Virus record (IMG/VR): IMGVR_UViG_3300020021_000004
Span: 1 to 64,000 of that record
Length of the DNA: 64,000 nucleotides
DNA from: a virus
Strand: one strand, 5' to 3'
Part shown: positions 55,336 through 63,819 of the stretch, in pieces
Layout: each line of letters starts with the position of its first letter
How positions within the stretch are numbered: the first letter of the stretch is position 1
Notes under the pieces: generated by a model
Told to the model about the DNA's origin: nothing
The model's database searches: none
Seen by the model: the letters and a program-made list of their open reading frames with translations, nothing else
Translations under genes and position numbers: made by a program

Positions 55336-55695
55336 TCAGGTTGCTGTGAGACGTCCCCGTGCTTGGTCAATCTTGAGGTTCTGGAGGACGATCCCATAAT
55401 CACTGTAGAACTTGGCGATGTACTGAACGAAAGCGAGGTCGTCCGCCCGCCAAGCAAATTGTGCCCCCTTGACCGACCGCCGCATGCGATCGAGGAGCTT
55501 GATGTAGAGGGGAGCCCGGTCGAGTTGCTGAAGCTCGGCGATAGCTCCTTCGAGCCGGTTGAGTCTCCCCTGCGCATCCTTGAGAAGGTTTCGCCGGTAC
55601 GGATCCGGAATGAGGTTCTTCGGCATCCACCGGTGGTCGACCCGGTAGAAGCTTGTGCCCTCAACTTCGAGGATGGCAGGGAGGAGGCTAAACAC
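55336..55695 (-). CDS. Hypothetical protein
   Basis: 119 aa helical ORF filling the gap in the operon. Confidence 0.6.
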   Translation of the reverse strand: MFSLLPAILEVEGTSFYRVDHRWMPKNLIPDPYRRNLLKDAQGRLNRLEGAIAELQQLDRAPLYIKLLDRMRRSVKGAQFAWRADDLAFVQYIAKFYSDYGIVLQNLKIDQARGRLTAT

Positions 55696-55703
55696 TTCAC
55701 GGT

Positions 55704-56315
55704 TCAGGTAACGGTGAAGGTGTTGCTGGTAAGAGCGTCCGAACGAACCGTGACGTGGTCACCAGCCGCCAAGCCCGGCACCAACAAGGTGTCGATGACG
55801 ATCGACACGTCGGTGAAGGCGCCACCCGCTCCGGCCAGGATTTGCGTCCTGTTCAGAGTGATGCCGCCTACGCCTACGCCTGCACCCTGCACGAACACCG
55901 TCGAGATCTCGGGAGCCACCGAAAGGAATCCGGTACCCGTGATCGTGACGTCGCCCGTTCCGGGTACGCCGTGTACGGCGCCTGTGACGACCGGAGTCGC
56001 AATGTCGGTCGGTACGAACGACACCGTGGTGATGAGACCGGCCTGCACGAGCTTGGAGATCTTGCCCTTGCTGGACGACAACGTCACCCGATTGGTCTGA
56101 CGAAGGTCGATGTAACCCGCGACAGTAGCGTCGGTCTTCTTGACCCTCGGAACGTAGCAAGGCTGCTTGTCCGCACCGGCATAGCCGTCGCGCTTGTAAG
56201 CCTTGGGGTCGCCCGAGCTACCTAGCCGGTGGACTTCTTTGTTGGGGAGCCCGTCATCAAGGTCGTCGACCAAAATGGGTCCCTGAACCGTTTGTGCGTG
56301 TACTAGCCTCAGCAT
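55704..56315 (-). CDS. Virion structural protein with IPT/TIG-like domain
   Basis: PVVTG...VTITGTGF motif. Confidence 0.65.
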   Translation of the reverse strand: MLRLVHAQTVQGPILVDDLDDGLPNKEVHRLGSSGDPKAYKRDGYAGADKQPCYVPRVKKTDATVAGYIDLRQTNRVTLSSSKGKISKLVQAGLITTVSFVPTDIATPVVTGAVHGVPGTGDVTITGTGFLSVAPEISTVFVQGAGVGVGGITLNRTQILAGAGGAFTDVSIVIDTLLVPGLAAGDHVTVRSDALTSNTFTVT

Positions 56316-56389
56316 TTTCGCGATACTCCTCGCTGTGGATCACAGGCGATAAAAGGAACCTCGGAACTCAAAACTGTGCAATCTCAGCG

Positions 56390-57037
56390 TCAAAGGGGAA
56401 GATAGTTGGTGAAGGAGGCCGAGAAGGCGGCCGTTCCACCTGCCCCACGGACCATTAAAAGGTCGCTGGGGCCGTCGTAGTTGTGCATGACCTCTTGAGC
56501 GCTCACCTGCTGCTCGGCCCCGCCTACCGTGTAGGACACGTAAAGAGCGTTGCCCGCAGACGCATTGGCGTTCTTGATGTAGAAGTCCTGAGAATTCTGG
56601 GGAAGGTTGAGCTGAAGCGAGTTCGCAATGGCGGCTCCTTGAGGCGCCGTACCTGCGATCTGCACCCGACTGTTGCCGTAATGCTCGGCATCCGTGAGGA
56701 TCAGAGTCCCGGGACCCGGAGTCCCAGGAGTACCCGAGAAGTCCACGGCAACGAACCTCATCCAGAAGTGAGCGGCATCCGCGATGCCCGCCACACCGTT
56801 GAAACTGTCAGGGTTGAATACCACCCTGATTTGGTCGTTGTTGTTGACGGCGTTCAAAACCATCGGATTGATCGCAGGATCGAGGTATCCCGAACCAATC
56901 GGTGCCGTAATGACGGTCGTGTACGATTGGTCGAAGTTGGTGGCTACCTGAAAGCGGTAGCCCGCCACGTTCGCCCTTTTGGGGGTGAGAACGTCCACGA
57001 TGTTCTTGCGGCGGCGAATGACACTGAAGTCCCTCAT
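56390..57037 (-). CDS. Putative structural protein (beta-rich)
   Basis: 215 aa, coupled to the upstream gene. Confidence 0.6.
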   Translation of the reverse strand: MRDFSVIRRRKNIVDVLTPKRANVAGYRFQVATNFDQSYTTVITAPIGSGYLDPAINPMVLNAVNNNDQIRVVFNPDSFNGVAGIADAAHFWMRFVAVDFSGTPGTPGPGTLILTDAEHYGNSRVQIAGTAPQGAAIANSLQLNLPQNSQDFYIKNANASAGNALYVSYTVGGAEQQVSAQEVMHNYDGPSDLLMVRGAGGTAAFSASFTNYLPL

Positions 57038-57441
57038 AACGTGCGCTCCTTGGCAACGAGGGGTGCGTAAGTGCTTGCAGCCTCAGCGCCCTTAGTGCTC
57101 CGTACGTGATCCTGAATATCGGCCCAATTGTGAGCCTCTTGACCCTGGTAATTGGGGACCAGGCGAGACTTGAAAACGTGGTCTTTTTCCTTCTGAGCCA
57201 TGACCACGCCCCGCTCTTTGCGGAACTTGTTCTCCTTGTTGGCCTTGCTCATCCACCCACCCGAGACGCCGTCCTTGAGGACGAAGCCCACGGTTCCAGG
57301 GTTGAACACGATCTCCAAAGACTGTCCCGTGTCGTCCACCAAGGTGGACTCACCGGACTTCACCTTGTCGTACTCAGTGAAGCTCATACGCTTCGAGACC
57401 AAAGCTCCGTCGGTCGTTCGTTTGAAAGTATAGGTTGGCAT
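57034..57441 (-). CDS. FmdB-like protein lacking the zinc-binding cysteines
   Basis: Likely start MPTYTFK at 57441; FVLK...GW motif typical of FmdB-like C-terminal part. Confidence 0.6.
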   Translation of the reverse strand: MPTYTFKRTTDGALVSKRMSFTEYDKVKSGESTLVDDTGQSLEIVFNPGTVGFVLKDGVSGGWMSKANKENKFRKERGVVMAQKEKDHVFKSRLVPNYQGQEAHNWADIQDHVRSTKGAEAASTYAPLVAKERTL

Positions 57442-57449
57442 TTCTGGAT

Positions 57450-58646
57450 TTACATTTCTCGAAGCCATGCTTGCAGCTTGGGCGGGACCGATTCCCAACC
57501 CCTGTCCAACCCTAAACGACCCATGGCTCCGGCCAAGTCGCGGGTAGGAATCCATTTCGAAGACCATTCCTGGCCCTCTTTGCGAAGTTGATACTTCCCT
57601 TGCCCCTCAGCCTCTCCCTGAGCCCGTGCGTAGACGGTCAGGGGGCCGTCCTGCGCTTCGAAGGTTCGCTTCCAGCCCTTCTCTTGGTGCTGGGGATCGA
57701 GAGCGTAGAGAGCCGCACAGACCTGGCAAGCCCGCTTGTCCATGGCCCGCTTGAGGACCCGACGAACACGGTCCGCCTTCTTGACGGCCCGCTGAAGCTT
57801 AGCCTCAGGGAGAGCCCAGTTCTTGGTCATCGACAAAGCGGCGGCCACGTGTTTGCACACCCTGTTGTCGCGCTCAGGGTCTCGAATGTCGGGCGTTGAA
57901 GCGGTCCCTACCTGCTTACCTAGCTGGTAGTCGTCCGTCCGGGCGTGGAACTCCGGCCCTAACCACTGCCACGCCTTACACGAGCACGACAACTCGAGGT
58001 CGAGCTTGGCGAACGCCAGATTGCGACCCTTCGGGATCGCTCGAACCTTCACGGCCTTGGGACCGTTCCCGCACTCTACAGCAAAGATCCAACGCAGGTT
58101 CTTGGTGTCGGCTCGCTTGAGGGCTGCCGAGCACTTTCGGGCTCGGGCTTGAAACTTGGAGTCCAGCCCGGTCAGGACCTGCGTCAGGTTCGCAGCCGAC
58201 TTCTGGACTAGTTCGACCACCTCGTAAGGGGCCGAAGCCGCAACTATCCGTACAGGAGCGCCTTCGAGCTTCCACTGCTCGGCCAAGAAAGCGGCGTTGT
58301 GGGCGTTCGGCTTATCGTCCCTGTAGGGGTACTTGGTCTTGCCCCCTTCCTCAGAGGGCTTACCGCTGTTGAAGCTCGGACTCGCTTTCGAATGGTCGAT
58401 GCTGTCGGGGACCGTCTGGTCCTTCGTCATGTCATCCGGACCCTCGACACGGTACATCGACTCGTCTTCGTTCTCAGGCTTCCGGATGTCGTCCACCGGC
58501 TTCGAGAACGTAGCCTCGCCCGGGATACTGGGATCCAGAGAGATCCCAGTATCGGCAGGACCGCCTCCAGGCAGCTCCGCTACCGCAAGAGGCATCCTTG
58601 GCTGGCCCTCTCCATAGGGCGGACGAGAAATGAGCGGTTGAGTCAA
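57450..58646 (-). CDS. SWIM zinc-finger protein with acidic disordered N-terminus
   Basis: SCSCKAW...VCKHVAAAL (CxC...CxH). Confidence 0.75.
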   Translation of the reverse strand: MTQPLISRPPYGEGQPRMPLAVAELPGGGPADTGISLDPSIPGEATFSKPVDDIRKPENEDESMYRVEGPDDMTKDQTVPDSIDHSKASPSFNSGKPSEEGGKTKYPYRDDKPNAHNAAFLAEQWKLEGAPVRIVAASAPYEVVELVQKSAANLTQVLTGLDSKFQARARKCSAALKRADTKNLRWIFAVECGNGPKAVKVRAIPKGRNLAFAKLDLELSCSCKAWQWLGPEFHARTDDYQLGKQVGTASTPDIRDPERDNRVCKHVAAALSMTKNWALPEAKLQRAVKKADRVRRVLKRAMDKRACQVCAALYALDPQHQEKGWKRTFEAQDGPLTVYARAQGEAEGQGKYQLRKEGQEWSSKWIPTRDLAGAMGRLGLDRGWESVPPKLQAWLREM

Positions 58647-58948
58647 TCGGCCGCCTTGATCCTCACCTTGAGGCCACGCTTGAAACGGTCGTTCGAAGAC
58701 TCCAGGGTGTAAGCGCCATCCTTTTCAGAGACGACCTTGAAGTCGTAGGGGCCGCCCATCACCTGCCCCTTCATCTTGAGCTTGACGGTGCTGCCTACAC
58801 TGCCCCCGTCCGTCACGGTGAGGATGGAGCCACGGTTGAACATATCAGAGGGCCACTGACCTTTCCGCATCAACACCGAAAGCTCAGTGTCCTTGGAGAG
58901 GGCGTCGGAAGCCACTACCCTGAAGTTGCGACGGTCGTAGCTGTACAT
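58643..58948 (-). CDS. Small hypothetical protein starting MYSYDRR
   Basis: ATG at 58948 overlaps the upstream TGA; about 101 aa. Confidence 0.65.
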   Translation of the reverse strand: MYSYDRRNFRVVASDALSKDTELSVLMRKGQWPSDMFNRGSILTVTDGGSVGSTVKLKMKGQVMGGPYDFKVVSEKDGAYTLESSNDRFKRGLKVRIKAAD

Positions 58949-60687
58949 CACGCCACATCCTCCATCCACGTCTTCTTGGTCACGTACTCGCCCTCTTTGC
59001 CGGCCGAGTAATCCCATACCTGCTGGATGACTTTGACCTTCTTGACGTCTTTGAAGTCGGTCTTGCTCTTGGCCACTGTCAAGGCAGCCGCTGCACTATT
59101 GTAAGCGCCGGTGCCGTAGCTACCGCCCTGAGGATTGACAGTGGTGAAACGCCAACGAGAAGGGCTGTACTTCTGGACGAAGATCGTCCACTCACCCTTC
59201 TTGGCGTCAGACTTGTCGACCTCTTTTGGGCCCTCTTCGTCTTCACCCGCTACCTTCCACGCCAAAGCAGCGGACGCTTCTTTGAAGTTGTCCTTGTGGT
59301 TGTCATGCTCGACCTTCCACTTCTTGGCGTCCTCCGGCGACATATTCTCCGTCGGGTCTGCGGGCTTGCCCTCCTCGAACTTCGAGTAGTGGCCAGCGTC
59401 GGGACCCAACGCTACCTTCCACGCCAAGTCGTCAGCGGCCTTGAAGTTGTCCTTGTGGTTGTCATGCTCCGTCTTCCACTTGGCGGCATCTTCGGGCGAC
59501 ATATTCTCGGTCGGATCCGCCGACACGCCTTCTTCGAAGCGTGAGCGCTTGGCGTCCTCGGTGAGCGAGGCTTCAACCTTCCAAGGGTCAACCTCAGCCG
59601 ACGCAGCCTGGATCGAGAACTCGCTCATCTCCTCGACGTTCTTGGCCGCCTGCGGGAGCTGCTGACGAATCTCACGCTTCAGAGCCTCGCTCTTCTGCGT
59701 GTCCATCGATCCGAGCTTCACCAGAACAGTGCCGATCTCGTCCACGATGTAATACAGGCCCAAAAGGGCTGGCCGCCACCTGCTGACGTTCGCCGCTCGG
59801 GCGGCCGTGATGGCTTGGGTCCGAATGCCATCGAAGTTCTCCACCAAGGTCTGATCAGCGGCCGTAAGGGCTTGCTTGTCCTTGACGACGTCCTTGTTGT
59901 CCGACCACTGCTTGGCGATCTCGTTCAAGTCCTCATCCGAGATGTTCGGATTCTGCTCCTTGAACTTCTTCTTCACGTCGCCCACATCACCGAGCTGCAT
60001 CATCTCCTGCGTGAGCTTTGGCTTGCCCGCCTGCTTCACCGTAGAGAACGTGGCGTCGAACTCGGACTCCATCGCCATGCGGGAGAGGAGGGTCGCGAGC
60101 TGCTGTCGCGTCACCGACTGAGTGGTGGGAGCGTCCAAGATGCCCGCCAGCTTGTCGAGGGCGTCCGCCACCGGAAGGGCAGTACTGGCTTGACGAGTGG
60201 GGTCCAGCTCGCTGATGAAGGCCGCCACATCGTGCAAAGGCAAGGAACCCTCTTCACGAGCAATGCGGGCAAACTCTCGTAGACGTTCAGCGGCTTGTTT
60301 GGGCGTGATCATAGGATTCTCCGAACGATGTTGTACGGGACGGATGCGGACCTCTTTGAGGACACGCTCCAGCTCTTCCACCTTTTCAGGCAGCAACTCC
60401 TGCTTCAGCTCTTCGTAGTCGATGCGGTCAGCCGCAAGGGCCACCGCCTGTAGAGCCTTCTGGAGCTTGAAGGCCGTCTCAGGCATCCCTGTAATGAGAT
60501 GCCCCGCTACTTCCATGAAGTAGTCCTTCTTGCTCGATTTCTCGATGAGTTTTACCGCCTCATCGATATAGCGCATGAGCTGATCACAGCGAAGACGGGC
60601 GTCTCCCAACTCCTCCATGAGGTAGAGGGTCGCCCCGGCAGTTTTCTGCACGGGACGGCTCAAACACCCGTCACTGGATTGCGCCAT
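58948..60687 (-). CDS. Modular hypothetical protein, probable internal head protein, with an internal duplication
   Basis: 579 aa; segments separated by K/R-x-A motifs; duplicated FEEG..ADPTENMSPEDA.KWK.EHDNHKDNFK. Confidence 0.7.
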   Translation of the reverse strand: MAQSSDGCLSRPVQKTAGATLYLMEELGDARLRCDQLMRYIDEAVKLIEKSSKKDYFMEVAGHLITGMPETAFKLQKALQAVALAADRIDYEELKQELLPEKVEELERVLKEVRIRPVQHRSENPMITPKQAAERLREFARIAREEGSLPLHDVAAFISELDPTRQASTALPVADALDKLAGILDAPTTQSVTRQQLATLLSRMAMESEFDATFSTVKQAGKPKLTQEMMQLGDVGDVKKKFKEQNPNISDEDLNEIAKQWSDNKDVVKDKQALTAADQTLVENFDGIRTQAITAARAANVSRWRPALLGLYYIVDEIGTVLVKLGSMDTQKSEALKREIRQQLPQAAKNVEEMSEFSIQAASAEVDPWKVEASLTEDAKRSRFEEGVSADPTENMSPEDAAKWKTEHDNHKDNFKAADDLAWKVALGPDAGHYSKFEEGKPADPTENMSPEDAKKWKVEHDNHKDNFKEASAALAWKVAGEDEEGPKEVDKSDAKKGEWTIFVQKYSPSRWRFTTVNPQGGSYGTGAYNSAAAALTVAKSKTDFKDVKKVKVIQQVWDYSAGKEGEYVTKKTWMEDVA

Positions 60688-60715
60688 TCACACGAAGGAC
60701 GCTCACAAGAAGAAA

Positions 60716-61153
60716 CTAAGGGTTTAGCTCGATTTGCGGGTTCAGGGGTTCCGCCATCAATCGCTCACGAACACCCATGATGGCCGCCCTAGTGCTGTCG
60801 TCCGCTGCCTTGATGAGCCTTATACGGCTCTGACGGACTATCGATCGACCCTCTTCAGGCTCGTACCGGACGAAGCCAATACAAAGCCTGCGGGGGTCGT
60901 CACACAAGGCCAGAGGGCCAGGCCCAGAGGCCAAGAAGAGCGCTAGCTCCTCGGGCTCGACCTCCGCCTTGTCGGGAGTAAGAGGTTCTTGGAATAAGGG
61001 CCACTCCAGGATTTCCGACAGGTCTTCACCGTCGTCACCCATGAAGAAGGCCAAAAAGCCCCGCATCCCACGTTCGGGATCATCCGCAGGGAGCATCATA
61101 TGACCCTCCGCTGCGAGCTGCCGGGCTCTACCAAGAACCTCTTCTTGGGTCAC
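60716..61153 (-). CDS. Hypothetical protein
   Basis: Likely GTG start (VTQEEVL) at 61153 overlapping the upstream stop. Confidence 0.6.
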   Translation of the reverse strand: MTQEEVLGRARQLAAEGHMMLPADDPERGMRGFLAFFMGDDGEDLSEILEWPLFQEPLTPDKAEVEPEELALFLASGPGPLALCDDPRRLCIGFVRYEPEEGRSIVRQSRIRLIKAADDSTRAAIMGVRERLMAEPLNPQIELNP

Positions 61154-62244
61154 GCAAAAGCCCCGGGAAACTCCTCCACGAGACGCTGCCGGACTTCCAA
61201 GTCGGTGTCGGCCGCCGCTACCGCTCGAATGACGTCCGGGCGGTCGTCGAAGTCGGCCTGGAGACGAGCAATCTTCTTGCGTACCGGGTCGTCGAACACG
61301 TAATTGTTGGGGAAGTCGGGGCAAATCGCCAAAGCGATGCGACGACGAGTGTCCATGTCGGCCGCCGACGAAGCAGCCACAACCGGCCGAGCCTGGGGCT
61401 TCGGCTTCCCGACGTTCGTGTTGCGGAACACCATGCCCTCTTCGGAGACCGTGCTCTCCACCACGTCGCCCCCCATGCCGCCCGCATCGGCGATCTCGAT
61501 CCCACCACCGACCGAGTTGTTGATGTTGAAGCCCTCTTTCTGGGCATTCCTCATCGGAGCAATGTGGCCCACAATGACGGGCGCATCGACGTAGCCCGCT
61601 TTCTTGGAGTCCAAGACCGAGAGGTATTCCGCCTGTTCTTGCTCCGACATCTGGGCCAGCATCTCTTCACGAGTCCGCCCAATACCAGGCTGGACACGTG
61701 CCGAGTCGGCTCGACGGATGGCCTCCGCAGGGCTTTCGTACTCGAAGTTGGTTGTCTGCTTGGCGGGCGTCGTCAAATGGCGAACCGTCACACCCTCCTG
61801 AGACTCGACCGTCATGCTGGCCGTTCGACGGCCCGGCTGAGGCTGATACAGGTTGGTGTTGCGAGCCTGCACCCCTTGAGCGTGGCTCCGGACATTACCC
61901 ACTTCACGCTCTTCAGCCGCTGCGGTCGTGACGGGAATGCGAACCGGTGGATCCATGGGATTGCCACCCTTCGCCTCTCGGACCTGCACACCCGCCGGAC
62001 GAGGGATTGAAGACGACAGGTCGTTGGGGTCGTAGTTAGCGGCTAGGACAACCCAACCCGCCTTCACGGCTCCACGAAGCTGCGGCATGATCACCGGATG
62101 GCTGCCCGCGTAGCTGACGTGCGTCCCATCGAAGTCTAGTTCGGACCCCTGCTGGATGTTCATGCCCGAATTGCCCAGCGAAAAGCTGCGTGTGGCGATG
62201 AACTTTTGAGCGTGGCCAGCCCTAAATTGAATCTGAGTACTCAT
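61150..62244 (-). CDS. Hypothetical protein
   Basis: 364 aa with RBS GAGGAG. Confidence 0.75.
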   Translation of the reverse strand: MSTQIQFRAGHAQKFIATRSFSLGNSGMNIQQGSELDFDGTHVSYAGSHPVIMPQLRGAVKAGWVVLAANYDPNDLSSSIPRPAGVQVREAKGGNPMDPPVRIPVTTAAAEEREVGNVRSHAQGVQARNTNLYQPQPGRRTASMTVESQEGVTVRHLTTPAKQTTNFEYESPAEAIRRADSARVQPGIGRTREEMLAQMSEQEQAEYLSVLDSKKAGYVDAPVIVGHIAPMRNAQKEGFNINNSVGGGIEIADAGGMGGDVVESTVSEEGMVFRNTNVGKPKPQARPVVAASSAADMDTRRRIALAICPDFPNNYVFDDPVRKKIARLQADFDDRPDVIRAVAAADTDLEVRQRLVEEFPGAFA

Positions 62245-62347
62245 CTGAATTTATCTCCTCAGGGCACCCTGCGAACGGAAGGGGCCTCATATAGAAATGC
62301 AAACAAATGGATTAGCGGACCTTAGGCCCACCGGACGGACTCAACCT

Positions 62348-62527
62348 TCACTTCTTGCTCTTGAAGTACTCGACCTGTTCGAGCCGCTTCTCAGCCTCAC
62401 CCTTTGAAGGATAGCAGCCGCCGTTCCAGTCCGCGTTGTCGGGGGACCGGACGCAGTACTCACCCTTCTCCTTGCGGATCACTGCTTCACGTTTGAAGCG
62501 AGCCACGAGGCGGCCGGCAGCTGTCAC
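62348..62527 (-). CDS. Small phage protein (59 aa, below ORF-track cutoff)
   Basis: GTGA overlap start; VTAAGRLVARFKREAVIRKEKGEYCVRSPDNADWNGGCYPSKGEAEKRLEQVEYFKSKK. Confidence 0.7.
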   Translation of the reverse strand: MTAAGRLVARFKREAVIRKEKGEYCVRSPDNADWNGGCYPSKGEAEKRLEQVEYFKSKK

Positions 62528-63129
62528 TTATCCTCAGCGAAGGCGACGATTGCCTCACCCACGTCTTTGAACCCTGTACGGGCTCCCTCTTTCCTCAGCA
62601 CCTTCGTGACGCCTTCGACAAGGCCCATGAAGAGCTTCTGGCCAGCAGGCGACTTCAGGTACGTGAAACCCGCCTCTCCCTTGTCATCCGAAGGCTCCTT
62701 GTCGGCGAACCATGCCCTGAGGACCTTGGCCACATCCCGTAGCCCGAAGATCAAGCCTTCCTTCTTGGCCGCCGCTCCCATCCCAAGTGAGAGGGTTCCG
62801 AACTTGGAATCCCGAAGGAAAGCGAACACCGCTTCCTTAACGTCGGCTTCAAGAGCGGCCGTGCGAGCTGAGACTGTCTTGATCGGCTCCAAATCATCCA
62901 AGTCGACGATGATGCGACCGTTCTTCTCACTCTCAACCCACGCCTTGTTGATCGGGATCATCTTGTCGATGGTGCCGGTGTCACCCCTGTAGTGAGCGAA
63001 CCCATGGGACGGCAATACTCGAACGGAGTCCCCAGGCTTGAACCTACGATAGGGGGTGAACTCAGCCGCACGACTGCGGGCTACTAGGTTCCTGACCGTC
63101 TTGAAGCGTGTAGCGAGATCTGAGGGCAT
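62524..63129 (-). CDS. Hypothetical protein with KOW/SH3-like domain
   Basis: FKPGDSVRV...RGDTGTI...LEPI. Confidence 0.65.
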   Translation of the reverse strand: MPSDLATRFKTVRNLVARSRAAEFTPYRRFKPGDSVRVLPSHGFAHYRGDTGTIDKMIPINKAWVESEKNGRIIVDLDDLEPIKTVSARTAALEADVKEAVFAFLRDSKFGTLSLGMGAAAKKEGLIFGLRDVAKVLRAWFADKEPSDDKGEAGFTYLKSPAGQKLFMGLVEGVTKVLRKEGARTGFKDVGEAIVAFAEDK

Positions 63130-63162
63130 GGTCCTATTGGACGCAACCCATTAGAAAAAACG

Positions 63163-63519
63163 TCAAGTCTTGAGGGCTCTCTGCCTTGCTGTCTCCAAGA
63201 AGGTCTGGAATTTCTCAGGATCCATCCGCTCTCGAGCGACGTCGAGGAAGTGGCCTTCTACACTGTGCTGACGAGCGGTACGCAGCCGGCCCAACTCGAA
63301 CTGGATTTGCTGACACTGTCGACCCTTGATTCGAAGTGCTTGGTGAATCTTGCACCACCACAACACCTTCGCGAAACGGCCCATCTCTCGAGACTCCCTA
63401 CGGGCTCGATCGAGCTGTGTCCTGATGGACGTGATCTCCGTCTCGAGCTGCTGCTTGGTACGTAGCAACTCCTCTCGGCTCTTACCCCGCAGGTTTAGGG
63501 CGAGGGAGGTCTCGGGCAT
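63163..63519 (-). CDS. Basic coiled-coil hypothetical protein
   Basis: 118 aa; GGTGTATAAGG ends 4 nt upstream of the ATG. Confidence 0.7.
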   Translation of the reverse strand: MPETSLALNLRGKSREELLRTKQQLETEITSIRTQLDRARRESREMGRFAKVLWWCKIHQALRIKGRQCQQIQFELGRLRTARQHSVEGHFLDVARERMDPEKFQTFLETARQRALKT

Positions 63520-63523
63520 CGAG

Positions 63524-63534
63524 CCTTATACACC
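63524..63534 (-). promoter_or_regulatory. Putative promoter element GGTGTATAAGG
   Basis: Identical copy at 63804-63814 with the same spacing to the start codon. Confidence 0.6.
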
Positions 63535-63634
63535 CGTCGCCGGATCGCCCGGTACGCTAGGGTCGCGAAATAGCTGCCCCAACAGATCGCGAGCCAGCTA
63601 CCGGCCCACATAAAGAGGATCTGCTCTCGTGCGT

Positions 63635-63799
63635 TCATTGATTGGGCGCTGGGGCGGGCATGGTGACCCGCTGACGTAGCTCGTCCTGTACTTCTTCACC
63701 CGTAAGACCGAACGTGCGGTAGATGTAATCCACCCGAGTCCGAAGCTCTGACAGCTCACGTTCCAGCTGAGCGATGCGGGTCTTGTCGGTATCGGCCAC
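63635..63799 (-). CDS. Small coiled-coil protein (54 aa, below ORF-track cutoff)
   Basis: VADTDKTRIAQLERELSELRTRVDYIYRTFGL...; preceded by GGTGTATAAGG. Confidence 0.65.
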   Translation of the reverse strand: MADTDKTRIAQLERELSELRTRVDYIYRTFGLTGEEVQDELRQRVTMPAPAPNQ

Positions 63800-63803
63800 A
63801 GCC

Positions 63804-63814
63804 CCTTATACACC
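63804..63814 (-). promoter_or_regulatory. Putative promoter element GGTGTATAAGG
   Basis: Identical to 63524-63534. Confidence 0.6.
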
Positions 63815-63819
63815 AACCG

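Noticed and set aside
76-62992. Many long plus-strand ORFs (e.g. 5482-6801, 23819-25411, 54817-56100)
   Set aside because: Antisense shadows of GC3-biased minus-strand genes; no motifs, and fully overlapped by better-supported CDSs.
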